Origin: Eledone cirrhosa
Lineage: Eukaryota
Reading direction: 5' to 3'
Length of the DNA: 64,000 bases
NCBI GenBank assembly: GCA_964016885.1
Contig: OZ024740.1
Coordinates: forward strand, 440,696,001 to 440,760,000
Shown: in pieces, positions 41,501 to 54,153 of the stretch
How positions within the stretch are numbered: position 1 is the stretch's first letter
How the letters are laid out: the number at the start of each line of letters is the position of its first letter
Notes under the pieces: model-generated
What the model was told of the DNA's origin: nothing
The model's database searches: none
Seen by the model: the letters and a program-made list of their open reading frames with translations, nothing else
Position numbers and translations under genes: made by a program

Positions 41501-44500
41501 ATTGTTATATATCATTACCACTGTTATATACCATTAGCACTGTTATATATCATTACCATGTTATATATCATTACCACTATTATACATCATTACCACTGTT
41601 ATATATCATTACCACTGTTATATATCATTACCACTGTTACATACCATTACCACTGTTACATATCATTACCACTGTTATATATCATTACCATGTTATATAT
41701 CATTACCACTGTTATATATATTACCACTGTTATATATCATTACCGCTGTTATATATCATTACCTCTGTTATATATCATTACCACTGTTATATATCATTAG
41801 CACTGTTATATATCATTACCACTGTTATATAACATTACCACTGTTATATATCATTACCACTGTTACATGTCATTACCAATGTTATATATCATTACCAATG
41901 TTATATATCATTACCACTGTTATATATTTCCACTGTTATATATCATTACCACTGTTATATATCATTACCATGTTATATATCATCGCCATGTTATATATCA
42001 TTACCGCTGTTATATATCGTTACCACTGTTATATATCATTACCACTGTTATATATCATTACCGCTGTTATATATCATTACCGCTGTTATATATCATTACA
42101 ACTGTTATATATCATTACCACTGTTACATATCATTACCAGTGTTACATATCATTACCACTGTTATATATCATTACCGCTGCTGTATATCATTATCGCTGT
42201 TATATATCATTACCACTGTTATATATCATTAACAGTGTTATATATCATTACCACTGTTATAAATCATTACCACTGTTATGTATCATTACCACTGTTATAT
42301 ATCATCACCACTGTTATATATCATTAGCACTGTTATATATCATTACCACTGTTATATATCATTACCGCTGTTATATATCATTACCACTATTATATATATC
42401 ATTACCGCTGTTACATATCATTACCACACTTACATATCATTACCATTGTTATATATCATTACCATTGTTATATATCATTACCACTGTTATATACCATTAC
42501 CACTGTTATATATCATTACCCTGTTATATATCATTACCACTATTATACATCATTACCACTGCTGTATATCATTACCACTGTTATATATCATTACCACTGT
42601 TATATATCATTACCGCTGTTACATTTCATTACCGCTGTTACATATCATTACCACTGTTATTTATCATTACCATGTTATATATCATTACCACTGTTATATA
42701 TATTACCACTCTTATATAGCATTACCACTGTTATATGTCATTACCACTGGTATATATCATTACCGCTGTTATATATCATTACCTCTGTGATATATCATTA
42801 CCACTGTTATATATCATTACCACTATTATATACCATTACCACTGTTATATATCATTAGCACTGTTATATATCATTACCACTGTTATATATCATTACCAAT
42901 GTTAAATATCATTACCTCTGTTATATATCATTACCACTGTTATATATCATTACCACTGTTACACATCATTACCAATGTTATATATCATTACCAATGTTAT
43001 ATATCATTACCACTGTTATATATTACCACTTTTATATATCATTACCACTGTTATATATCATTACCACTATTATATACCATTACCACTGTTATATATCATT
43101 ACCACTGTTATATATCATTACCATTGTTATATATCATTACCATGTTATATATCATTACCGCTGTTATATATCATTACCACTATTATATATCATTACCATG
43201 TTATATATCATTACCATTGTTAGATATCATTACCACTGTTACATATCATTACCATTGTTATATATCATTACCTCTGTTATCTATCATTACCATTGTTATA
43301 TATCATTACCACTGTTATATATCATTACCGCTGTTACATATCATTACCACTATTATATATCATTACCGTGTTATATATCATTACCACTGTTAGATATCAT
43401 TACCACTGTTACATATCATTACCATTGTTATATATCATTACCACTGTTGTATATCATTACCACTGTTATATATCATTAGCACTGTTATATATCATTACCA
43501 CTGTTATGTATCATTACCATGTTATATATCATTACCACTGTTATATAGCATTACCACTGTTATATATCATTAGCACTGTTATATATCATTACCACTGTTA
43601 TATATTATTACCACTGTTATATATCATTACCACTGTTATATATCATTACCGCTGTTATATATCATTACCACTGTGATATATCATTACCACTGTTGTATAT
43701 CATTACCACTGTTACATATCATTACCAATGTTATATATCATTACCACTGTTATATATTACCACTGTTATATATCATTACCACTGTTATATATCATTACCA
43801 CTGTTATACATCATTTCCGCTGTTATATATCATTACCGCTGTTATATATCATTACCACTGTTATATATCATTACCGCTGTTATATATCATTACCACTGTT
43901 ATATATCATTACCAATGTTATATATCATTACCATTGTTATATATCATTACCACTGTTATATATCATTACCACTGTTGAATATCATTACCACTGTTATATA
44001 TCATTACCACTGTTATATATCATTACCACTGTTATATATTATTACCATGTTATATATCATTACCACTGTTATATATATTACCACTGTTATATATCATTAC
44101 CGCTGTTATATATCATTACCACTGTTATATATCATTACAGCTGTTATATATCATTAGCTCTGTTATATATCATTATCACTGTTATATATCATTAGCACTG
44201 TTATATATCATTACCACTGTTATATATCATTACCTCTGTTACATGTCATTACAAATGTTATATATCATTACCAATGTTATATATCATTACCACTGTTATA
44301 TATTTCCACTGTTATATATCATTACCACTGTTATATATCATTACCATGTTATATATCATCGCCATGTTATATATCATTACCACTGTTATATATCGTTACC
44401 ACTGTTATATATCATTACCGCTGTTATATATCATTACCGCTGTTATATATCATTACCACTGTTATATATCATTACCGCTGTTATATATCATATACCACTG

Positions 44501-45841
44501 TTATATATCATTACCACTGTTACATATCATTACCAGTGTTACATATCATTACCGCTGCTGTATATCATTATCGCTGTTATATATCATTACCACTGTTATA
44601 TATCATTACCAGTGTTATATATCATTACCACTGTTATATATCATTACCACTGTTATATATCATTACCACTGTTATATATCATTACCACTGTTATATATCA
44701 TTACCACTGTTATATATCATTACCACTGTTATATATCATTACCACTATTATATATCATTACCATGTTATATATCATTACCTCTGTTATGTATCATTACCA
44801 TGTTATATATCATTACCACTGTTATATAGCATTACCACTGTTATATATCATTAGCACTGTTATATATCATTACCACTGTTATATATTATTACCACTGTTA
44901 TATATCATTACCACTGTTATATATCATTACCGCTGTCATATATCATTACCACTGTGATATATCATTACCACTGTTGTATATCATTACCACTGTTACATAT
45001 CATTACCAATGTTATATATCATTACCAATGTTATATATCATTACCACTGTTATATATTACCACTGTTATATATCATTACCGCTGTTATATATCATTACCA
45101 CTGTTATACATCATTACCGCTGTTATATATCATTACCACTGTTATATATCATTACCACTGTTATATATCTTTACCACTGTTATATATTATTACCATGTTA
45201 TATATCATTACCGCTGTTATATATCATTACCGCTGTTATATATCATTACCATGTTATATATCATTACCACTGTTACATATCATTACCACTGTTATATATC
45301 ATTAGCACTGTTATATATCATTATCACTGTTACATATCATTACCACTGTTATATATCATTACCACTGTTATATATCATTACCACTGTTATATATCATTAC
45401 CACTGTTATATATCATTACCACTGTTATATATCATTACCGCTGTTATATATCATTACCACTGTTATATATCATTACCACTGTTATATATCATTACCACTG
45501 TTATATATCATTACCACTGTTATATATCATTTCCCCTGTTATGTATTACCACTGTTATATATCATTACCACTGTTATATATCATTACCGCTGTTATATAT
45601 CATTACGACTGTTATATATCATTACCACTGTTATATATCATTACCACTGTTATATATCATTACCCCTGTTATGTATTACCACTGTTATATATCATTACCA
45701 CTGTTATATATCATTACCACTGTTATATATCATTACCACTGTTATATATTACCACTGTTATATATCATTACCACTGTTATATATCATTACCGCTGTTATA
45801 TATCATTACCACTGTTATATATTATTACCAATGTTATATAT
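38567..45841. repeat. 19-bp satellite ATATATCATTACCACTGTT, about 7.3 kb (roughly 385 units, with 17-bp variants)
   Basis: Seen directly; copy number estimated as length divided by unit size. Confidence 0.98.
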
Positions 45842-45999
45842 CAGGCATGTCAAACTGAGTGTCCCCCGAGGGCCACATGGGTCATGTCTTGTCTGAGGGC
45901 CACACATTACAACTAATTCTTATTTATTTTATATTATGATGATAAAATGTGCTTGCACTGTAAAAACCTTTGTGGAGGGCGGCATGTTTGCCATCCATG
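45842..45999. mobile_element. Degenerate hAT/Charlie-like MITE
   Basis: Termini CAGGCATGTCAAAC and GTTTGCCATCCATG. Subterminal GAGGGCCACA twice. 8-bp flanks TTATATAT and TTATAAAT. Confidence 0.7.
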
Positions 46000-46039
46000 T
46001 TATAAATGATTTAAGAAGGTGTTAGTGATGGAAAGTGTA

Positions 46040-46172
46040 GAACTCGGAACTAAAGGATTTCTCCAAGTCACTTTTACCTTACGTTCCCATAAGATCGATA
46101 AAATAAGTTCCATTCAAGTAGTGTAGTTGTTTCAATCTATAGAAATATGTGACATTGTATTGATGTCAGAAC
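46040..46172 (+). mobile_element. Old, degenerate tRNA-derived SINE
   Basis: GTCACTTTTACCTT...ATCGATAAAATAAGT resembles the reverse complement of the SINE core at 48250-48320. Confidence 0.4.
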
Positions 46173-47727
46173 ATATTTTTAATAGATTTACAGAGTATAA
46201 AATCTTGGCTTGTTTCAAAGTTATTTTGTTACTATTACAACTACTTCCTGTAGAAAAAAAAATGTAAAACATGTTCAGAAAACTTTAAACTTGAAATTTA
46301 TAAATCAAAACAATGAAAAGGTAAAATCTCAAATAGTCTCCAAGATATGGTATTTTATGAGCGAAAGGCTTTATACTCACCCTCTACCTTGGAAAAATGG
46401 CATTTTATTTTATTTTATTTTATTTTATTTTTCAAAGAAAAGTTATCGTCTGCTATATCGTTACTGATATCTACTTCAATGCTTGTTTGCTGCTAAAATA
46501 ATAATTCTTTATCCTTATATTGTGAGATTAAAGTGGTTTCTTTTTTTATCTTATTTGTTTTTATGCAGTTGTATTCAACTAAATTATTTTGTAAGCGTTC
46601 ACTCAATGTCAAGTTGTAGTCAAAACACTCCACGGTGACAGAGTGTTCCCGCTGATTGCAATGCCAGCTTAAACTATGTAAAGTTATGCTGACGGGGACA
46701 ACGCTAGTTAAATACTGCGATTTCTATCTATGGAACCTTTTATCTAAATACCGAGACTCTACTAATTCGGCCGTGAATTTGTCACCATATTTGGGGCAGT
46801 GGAGTACATTTGATTCTTTGTCAGTAAGATAGAACACTTTCTTTTTTTCAAATTGTATTTGAAAAAAATTAGCAGAGAAATATAAAAAAAAAGAAAAGGA
46901 AATTTTGCAAATGCTGCGAAATTTACAGACAATTGTGCAACATTAGGATATTCAATCGACAATGGTAAGATGTAAATCAGCATCTTCTAGTTTCCTGTGG
47001 AGCTGTTTACTCATGTACTTAGACATTGCAATTAATTTTCTCCTCCCACAAAAATAACAAATTCTCTTTTCAACTTTTAATCCAAAGTTATTTTGTTCTG
47101 TTGTCTGTTACACGTTTATTTCCCAAAATGTATTTGTTCTATATTGTAAAGATTTGTCACCTAATGACATGATGCTCCAAAATTTCACCTGTAACAAATT
47201 TCACAGATTTTATGTAAGAAATGTTCCCAAGACTGCAAAAGACATTCTGCAAAATATGAATTCGTATGAGATCCAAATTCACGGAATAACAATTAAATGT
47301 GTTGCTTTGTAATAGTTATCGCATAATTTTTACTCTTATTAATGCTTTCCATGAATAATAATGAGTGTAAACCAATCAAAATCTAGTTTTAGGAATATAT
47401 AAAAAGAAATAACGCTGGAAAATAATGTCCTCAAGGACCACTGTAATAAAACATTGTATGCAGAAATATTCAACTCTTCACCTTGTAGCAAGTTTCAACA
47501 CAAATATTGTTCGTATTAAATCGAAGGTAATATAAATATTTTAATTTTAATCCATGTGAATTCCAGTGTTCAATATCAGCAGCTCGTTGTAGTTGCTTTC
47601 TAAGGCACTATGTGGGATTCCAGGAACATAGGAAATTCACTGTTTTGAATTGCTATTTAATATGCTAAACCATAATATATGTATTGATATATATATAGTT
47701 ATGTAATAAACAACATAAGATAATTAT

Positions 47728-47785
47728 TTCATTTACCAGTGGTTTCTTGAAAGCAGATATATCTGTTTTCAGTCGTCAGAATGAA
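47728..47785 (-). ncRNA. Candidate type I hammerhead ribozyme (left arm)
   Basis: TTCATT-CTGACGA-C TGAAA..TTTCA A-GAA-ACC ACT GGT-A-AATGAA. 6-bp stem I, GUA cleavage triplet, non-canonical 10.1-11.1 pair. Confidence 0.65.
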
Positions 47786-47860
47786 TAAAACATGGTGTGT
47801 GTTTTTTTTTATTAAATCTGGATTTGAAAACAAAATATTTAATAAAAACACCATGTTTTA

Positions 47861-47918
47861 TTCATTCTGACGACTGCAAACAGATATGTTTGCTTTCAAG
47901 AAACCACTGGTAAATGAA
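47861..47918 (+). ncRNA. Candidate type I hammerhead ribozyme (right arm)
   Basis: TTCATT CTGACGA ... GAA ACCACTGGT A AATGAA. Confidence 0.6.
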
Positions 47919-48050
47919 ATAATTATCTTATGTTGTTTATTACATAACTAATAAGTTTTGTAGCCTACATAGAGCACTCTTTTTTCCTGTATCTTTCCGA
48001 CGGAATTACTTCATTTACACACACACACATATATATAGGAAAAGAGTCAG

Positions 48051-48147
48051 AACGCCGACGGCTGAGCTCCGGCCGTTTCGACAGCTAGATCTGAACTAAG
48101 TCAGCAGTATTTGGACGGCGGTAATCTAGCTGAACTTATCAAGGGTT
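48051..48147 (-). ncRNA. Candidate type I hammerhead ribozyme with a U3-A8 core variant
   Basis: AACCC-TTGATAA-G..CAGCTAGAT...ATCTAGCTG.C-GAA-ACGGC(CGGAGCTCA)GCCGT-C-GGCGTT. GUC triplet. Confidence 0.65.
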
Positions 48148-48204
48148 ACAGTCCATATATGGGCATGCAGTCAAAACAAAAAAAGCAGCAATATTAAATC
48201 AAAT

Positions 48205-48381
48205 AATTGTTTCTACTTTTGGAACAAGGCCAGCAATTACGAGTGTATTACTGATACTTTATTTTATCTACCCCGTAAGGATGAAAGGCAAAGTTAACCT
48301 CGGCGGGATTTGAACTCATAATGGAAAAGGCCGTAACTCTTTGCGTCAAAGCATGGCGTCCGACCCTCTACCCATACTGCC
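48205..48381 (-). mobile_element. tRNA-derived SINE with a conserved GCCTTTCATCC..GGGG..GATAAAAT core (octopus-type)
   Basis: On minus: B-box-like GAGTTCAAATCCC then GAGGTTAACTTTGCCTTTCATCCTTACGGGGTAGATAAAATAAAGTA. Related pieces at 52480 and 62229. Confidence 0.75.
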
Positions 48382-49028
48382 AATATTAAATAATCCTAAA
48401 AATTTGTTGTTTTTCTTGTCTGTCAAAGAGAACAGTCAATGATTTTGGGATGTCATGTACATACTTTTATTCCTTCATAGCAGCAGGAGGCTGAACTGGC
48501 CTGTAGAACAAAGGGGAGGGAATAAGAGGCTGGTCTGACCTGTGGGTGCCAAGCCGTCATACGTTAAGAGAGAAATCTTTACAACTATCTTTCATTTGTA
48601 GAGAAGGTAACCTACAATTCAAAGTGGTAAGAATATAATTTCAGCATGTAAGAATCAAGGAAGGTTGTTAGACAGTGTAAGTAAATATGCCAAGTCTAAC
48701 ACTTAGCTAAAGAGCAAAGTATGTAGATGTTAATACTGATTCAGTTCCTAATAAAGAAATTTAGTTATCAATTCCTCTAATGCGCAGGAAGGGCACCTCA
48801 ATTCACCAATTTACTAGTATTTTGTTTTATAATGATACACCGCCAAAAATATCAACCCTAGTCTAGTAAGGTGTCATAGCTATGTGTTTGACCGGTTTCA
48901 TGTATATTTAATAAGAGTGAAAATATTCCGGGTTAACCTAAGAAAGATTAGGAACTGTTTATAATAGTGTAGATATGCAAAGATCTACCTAAGTGTAATT
49001 AGAATGTGTAACAATGCCGAGGCTGCAA

Positions 49029-49236
49029 CACCAATTGGGAAGATTATCCAGACTTCTCGATAAACACTTCCCACCCCAACACGGCTATCACAACATCATC
49101 AATAGAAACATTGTTAAACTTTCCTACAGCACTACACCCAACTTTGCTTCATCTAACAGAAGAAACAACGATATTAGTGGTGAGCAAATTATGAGTTGCA
49201 ATTGTCTGGATAGATCATCGTGACTCCTCAACAACG
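49029..49236 (+). pseudogene. Penelope-like element remnant (linker upstream of GIY-YIG)
   Basis: IGK..RLLDKHFPPQHGYHNIINRNIVKLSYSTTPN...CNCLD matches the DKHFP/NRN.VKLSYS.MPN/CNC motif of these elements. Confidence 0.75.
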
Positions 49237-49237
49237 G

Positions 49238-49335
49238 ATGGCATGAACTGAATCTCCCTGAGATTCACGTAAAGGGTTCGCGTGTCTGTGGAATTCTCAA
49301 CCATTTGCACGTTAATTTCACGAGTAGGCTGTTAT
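49238..49335 (+). mobile_element. Fragment of a second SINE-like repeat body
   Basis: CTGAATCTCCCTGAGA..GTGTCTGTGGA..TTGCACGTTAATTTCACGAG resembles an abundant octopus repeat as I recall it. Single copy here. Confidence 0.45.
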
Positions 49336-51692
49336 GTGGGTGTCTGTAACCTATATACACTGGTCACACAGACACACACAAACACACACACATACACACA
49401 CACACATATATATTTATATACATACACATATATATAGACATTTATATTCATACACATATAGTTGATGTTACCCGACTATCATGTCTACCCCTGGGCCTCC
49501 AGCCAGTTGGCTTTACCTGAAATTCTTTCTAGCGATTTTTTATTTTTCAGTTATATTACTTTGGAAAGAATGGCAACAATTATATTTTAGACCCCCAAAA
49601 ATGTTCTTCTCGCCTTGAGAAAAATAAAGGTTTCTTGTCAAAATTATCCGTTTTGAAGACTCACTGAACTCTCAATGCAACTTGAATATGTAACTTTGAG
49701 TTATCTTGATCATTTAACTAGGAAACATCGGTTGATATGAGTGTGGAGTAATAATAATTATCAAACAAGTAATCCAATTCTGTTAGTGTTGCTAAAATAA
49801 GATTCTAGCCGGTAGACAACAAGAAATTTAAAACTGAGATGGTAGACCCTTAGACAAAAAATGACCATTCTAAGATAAGTAGACCTCTGCGCTTTCATTA
49901 GCCATTAGCTGTATATATTTTTCAAATCACTAGACACGTATACCAGAAACGTCGACCGTTCTTATGTGTATATAACTTATCACTCAAAGAATTTTTATAA
50001 AACTTTGCCATTTAGTTGACCACAAAATATAAGTGAAGTGTCTGGGAGGTACATATGGCTCAGTTTGTTCTATCATGATACTTTTATACAGTTACTACAA
50101 CTACAGAATTACAGTTTCGCTTCCCAATGTCTCCATTGTGTGAGTTAATAGTGCTGAAGTGGGGTAGGAGAAATACAATATACAGATAAGCGGCAAATAT
50201 ATGTAAAGGAAAGACAACATTTATTGGATGTAAGTCTAACGATATAAAAGTGGTGAGTTTTGTGGCATGTCAAGAGAGAAAAAAAAACTGTCCCTCAACC
50301 AATAAACACTACGAAACATCAAAAGATACATTTTCTATTTCACATTTCAAAACTTTGGTAAATTAAGTGTTATGGTAGATTTTGCCTTAGTCTTACACGA
50401 CAATAATATTTACAAACACAACTTAACTGTTAGAATAAATTACTTACATTCTCCTATTTCTCTACTTGCTATGAATAAAAAATATATTCCAAAACACTCG
50501 CCTGAATTCCCGTTATATATAAATTCAGGAAAAAAAAGCTAACAAGATATTGAGTCTGCTAAGCCATACTTACACCCAATTAGGTAAGAATAATTCAGTA
50601 TGGATTGTGTTTGGCAGTATTGGTTCGTCTCAGTTTTCAATTTGGCAGTGTTATCTAGTTACTGACGTTTTATATGTCTGAATAACAACCAGTGTTTCGC
50701 TGAACAACAAAATTGCAACATAGTCTCAAAGGATTGCTCAATGTACAAAGGCTGCAGTAGATCAAACTTCCAAACATGATCTCATCGATCAAGATAGAAG
50801 TGAATAATTTATACAACATAAGAAAGAAAACACAAGGTGGCGTCATAACTAGAAAGGAAATTGGAGGTTAAAGCTTCAAATTTATTTCTTTACCTTTAGA
50901 TTTGTAGATTCTTCTAACAAACTGTAAACCAATGTTGCAAAAAATGAAAAAGAGCAAAAAATACCGTAGGTGATTCAAGTTCCACACAATATCTTAGCGG
51001 AAGTAAGACCATTATCACAATTCTCATGTCCGCTTCTCATAAAATATAATCCGCATCGAAATATTTTAGCATTTGATGCAGAAAATACACAACCACGACA
51101 GAGAATTTATAACATATATAAGTATAAAGTACATAGAAACTAGGGAGAAGACTTAGACACTTCTTCAGCGCAACTAAATGAAAGTCTTCAATAAATAAAA
51201 CAGTAAATTTGTACTTACTTGTACTTGTGGTGGTTTACCTCCTGGGTGGCTCTATCGAAGGAATTCACGGTGTAAGTTCATTTCTTCGGGCGATTGATTT
51301 CCCAATCGATACCCAGCCTCAAGTATATGAACTTTAATATGATTATATCACCGAACTCTTGCTTTCAGAACCAACACGATTTGGTGGAGCCAGTGTCACG
51401 GTGGGGAGGCATGGGAGGGTGTTTGGTTGGCAGAGGTAATAAACACAACCTATATGAGCCATGTTATAGGGGCTCACCTCACTACCCAGCTCAGACATAC
51501 CGACCCTCGCCACCAATAGCTGGCAGAGGTAATAAACTATGTGAGCCGTTATTAAGTTATTAAGAAGAAGAGTTGAAATTAATGCATGCAAGATTTCACA
51601 GCTCTAGCATCACTCCTTCATGATCAGCCAATGATCTTTTTAGCTGACCCACGTGCATAATGTTTCCACATCTCATGATATTCACACAATTT

Positions 51693-51780
51693 ATACTCAC
51701 GTGACATCATACTCACATGACACCATACTCAGGTGACATCATACACACGTGACATCATACTCACGTGACATGATACTCAT
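51693..51780. repeat. 16-bp tandem repeat ATACTCACGTGACATC, about 5 copies
   Basis: Seen directly. Confidence 0.9.
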
Positions 51781-52479
51781 ACACCCTAACCATTCTCCAG
51801 CAACTGTAGGACAACTGCCCTATCCTTATCTCAACATGGATCTAAAACCGACTGAGAGTATCCCCTACTAAAGCTACTGTCCATAACGAAAGACAGGAAT
51901 ACTCAGAGTCACATAAACATTTCCACAACCTCACCAACATAGAAACTATTGTGGAGTATGAAAAACATTGCAGAAGCAGCACGATAGACAACTACAAGAA
52001 CCAAGAATACTGTTATGTAAATGATGAATTGGGTGTATTACTGATTATTCTAGCTTTGCCTGGGTTACTGATCTCTCTCCAGTAAACCATAAACGACAAA
52101 GAATACAACACAACAAAATGTGTATCGCATGTTACACAGAGCCCCAATAGAAGGAAATAAAAATATTAAAACTGAAACTCCCAGGACATGTGACGGTTCA
52201 ATTTGTTTCGGCAACCAGCGCCAAAATCCCTTCTACTGTTGCATGTTAAATTACCCAATATACGCATACATAAATACAGCACTTCAGAACACTGCTACAG
52301 CACCTCGTTAAAAGTATATATACAGTCCAGACAAAACATAAAGGATTCATGCATCAAACAATGCAACAACATTATATAACATCATTTGACCCCTAAACAC
52401 GGAGCTACGATTCACACTAATTTTTGTTTTTCTAGACATTATCATATATACAGAGACGCTGGAGTTAAGTTTCAGTTGA

Positions 52480-52640
52480 TTACACCGACACAGTATTGAT
52501 AGTTTATTTTATCAGTTTTAGATGGGTGAAAAGCAAAGTTGATCTCGGAGTGATTTGAACTTAGAATATAAAAAGCTGGAATAAATATGCAGAGTTTTTC
52601 TTTTTCTGACAATCTGACAAATCCACTGGTCGCCCGCCTT
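52480..52640 (-). mobile_element. Degenerate copy of the tRNA-derived SINE
   Basis: TTTATTTTATC..TGAAAAGCAAAGTTGATCTCGG..ATTTGAACT aligns to 48258-48317. Confidence 0.65.
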
Positions 52641-52762
52641 TCATTCACACTACTAAAGTGTAGAAGTGCAGCAAAACGTTCCGGCTGACTCCAGCATTCG
52701 CGTCCCTGATATGACTACTACCAGACCATACATGGGTAGGGATGGACCAAAAATAGCGTTCA

Positions 52763-52766
<4 letters not shown>

Positions 52767-52838
<72 letters not shown>
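52767..52838. repeat. (TC)n microsatellite
   Basis: Perfect repeats. Confidence 0.98.
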
Positions 52839-52841
<3 letters not shown>

Positions 52842-52855
52842 ATATATATATACAT

Positions 52856-53262
52856 GGTGGCTGCCAACTCGTTTTCGAGTACGGCCACTACTTTATATCC
52901 ATGTAGGAGAACCCCTACCGATGCGCTGAATAAGTGTGATTTTTTAGTTCAGCCAGCGACTTGAAAACTCTGGTACAAACACTACACTCGTGACAATTAT
53001 TGACACATAGTGCTGGGCCCATGGTACCATGTAATGACAAGTGCAGAGAGATCTCCAGATAGAAAACAATGCCTATGCCGTGAAGCTTTCATAGTGAGCA
53101 AAGGCACTGCACAAAGCCAGTCCCACTCTCTTAACCAAGATGATATTTACCAAAAAGAAGAACAAGTTAACATCATTGGATACCATCAGGGTTGCAGGTG
53201 TTATATCAGAGTTTTCCTTCTCCTAGAATTCTGCCTTGACAAAGGCTAAGGGGTCATCTCTC
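52856..53262 (-). mobile_element. RTE-derived non-autonomous element, 5'-truncated copy
   Basis: Near-identical to 58397-58800. Confidence 0.8.
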
Positions 53263-53288
53263 ATACATACATACATACATACATACAT

Positions 53289-53532
53289 GATGGCTGCAGA
53301 CTCTGCTAAGAGTATTGCAATCGCTTGTCAGTATGCAGAAAATGGTGCACTTTTAGGCTACGGCCGGCAGCCACACGAACTTTTAACATAATCTGAACAA
53401 GCAATGCTTGTGCTTTGAAGGTTTTTTTTAAGTGGGGGAAGGCTTTGCACTCGACCAATCCCACTCATTGAGCATCGAAAATACTACCTGAAAAGGCGAA
53501 CTGGTCAACATCATTGGATGCTTCCTAAGTCG
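53289..53532 (-). mobile_element. Second, related RTE-derived non-autonomous family (fragment), (ATGT)n on both sides
   Basis: Shares ATCCAATGATGTTGAC, GAGTGGGA.TGG, GCAC..GCATTGCTT and the terminal GCAGCCA.C-(ATGT)n with the 58397 element. Confidence 0.7.
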
Positions 53533-53628
53533 CATACATACATACATACATACATACATACATACATACATACATACATACATACATACATACATACATA
53601 CATACATACATACATACATACATACATA
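53533..53628. repeat. (CATA)n microsatellite
   Basis: Perfect repeats. Further tracts at 53263-53288, 54075-54150, 58377-58396, 59001-59063 and 59819-59834. Confidence 0.98.
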
Positions 53629-54074
53629 AAAACTGCCACCAAATTAAAGCACAACCGGCCTGATATTGTAGTTTGGGACCACACATTGAAAACGTGTTCT
53701 GTTGTGGAGATCAGCTGCCCACTTGATGTAAACGTTGTCAGAAAAATACAGGAGAAGGAGGACATCTACGGACCATTGATGAGGAGTTTACAAATCCAGT
53801 ATCCAAGATACACCTTTAGCTTCATACCCATCATTATTGGTGCTACGGGTTATATACCAACCCGCTTGGACCAAAGTATGACTGAACTTGGATTTGCGGA
53901 CAAAAAGCGCAGCTCCCTAATTCATAGTCTACAAATGGCTGCGATAGCTGGCACCTTCGAAATTTGCAAAACATTCTTGCGATTCAAGGGATGACAATTT
54001 CTTTTCTTTTACAACCTTGCCACCAGGAAGGTGGCCGGTCAAAAAAATATACTCAAAATTAAGAGAAAGAGAAA
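53626..54074 (+). mobile_element. Dong-like family C, 5'-truncated copy in (ACAT)n
   Basis: IKTATKLKHNRPDIVVWD...RFKG, near-identical to 57926-58376. (ACAT)n on both sides. Confidence 0.92.
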
Positions 54075-54121
54075 ACATACATACATACATACATACATAC
54101 ATACATACATACATACATACA

Positions 54122-54150
<29 letters not shown>

Positions 54151-54153
<3 letters not shown>

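Larger units (their letters stand above)
47696..47950. repeat. 103-bp-arm inverted repeat, Penelope pLTR-like, with a hammerhead motif in each arm
   Basis: Arms 47696-47798 and 47848-47950 are near-perfect reverse complements. Left end abuts (TA)n. Confidence 0.9.

Noticed and set aside
22861-45841. Telomeric repeat
   Set aside because: No TTAGGG/CCCTAA arrays, and the arrays are internal.
38641-45916. YIITTVIYHYHCYISLPLL repeat proteins, or a CRISPR-like array
   Set aside because: The 19-bp unit lacks stops in all plus frames. Units are head-to-tail with no unique spacers, there are no cas genes, and the context is eukaryotic.
48880-51170. Isolated hammerhead half-sites (GAAACCGGTC minus near 48895, GAAACGTC near 49946, CTGAAGAAG minus near 51165)
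   Set aside because: Matching halves and stem I not found; at most decayed Penelope LTR pieces.
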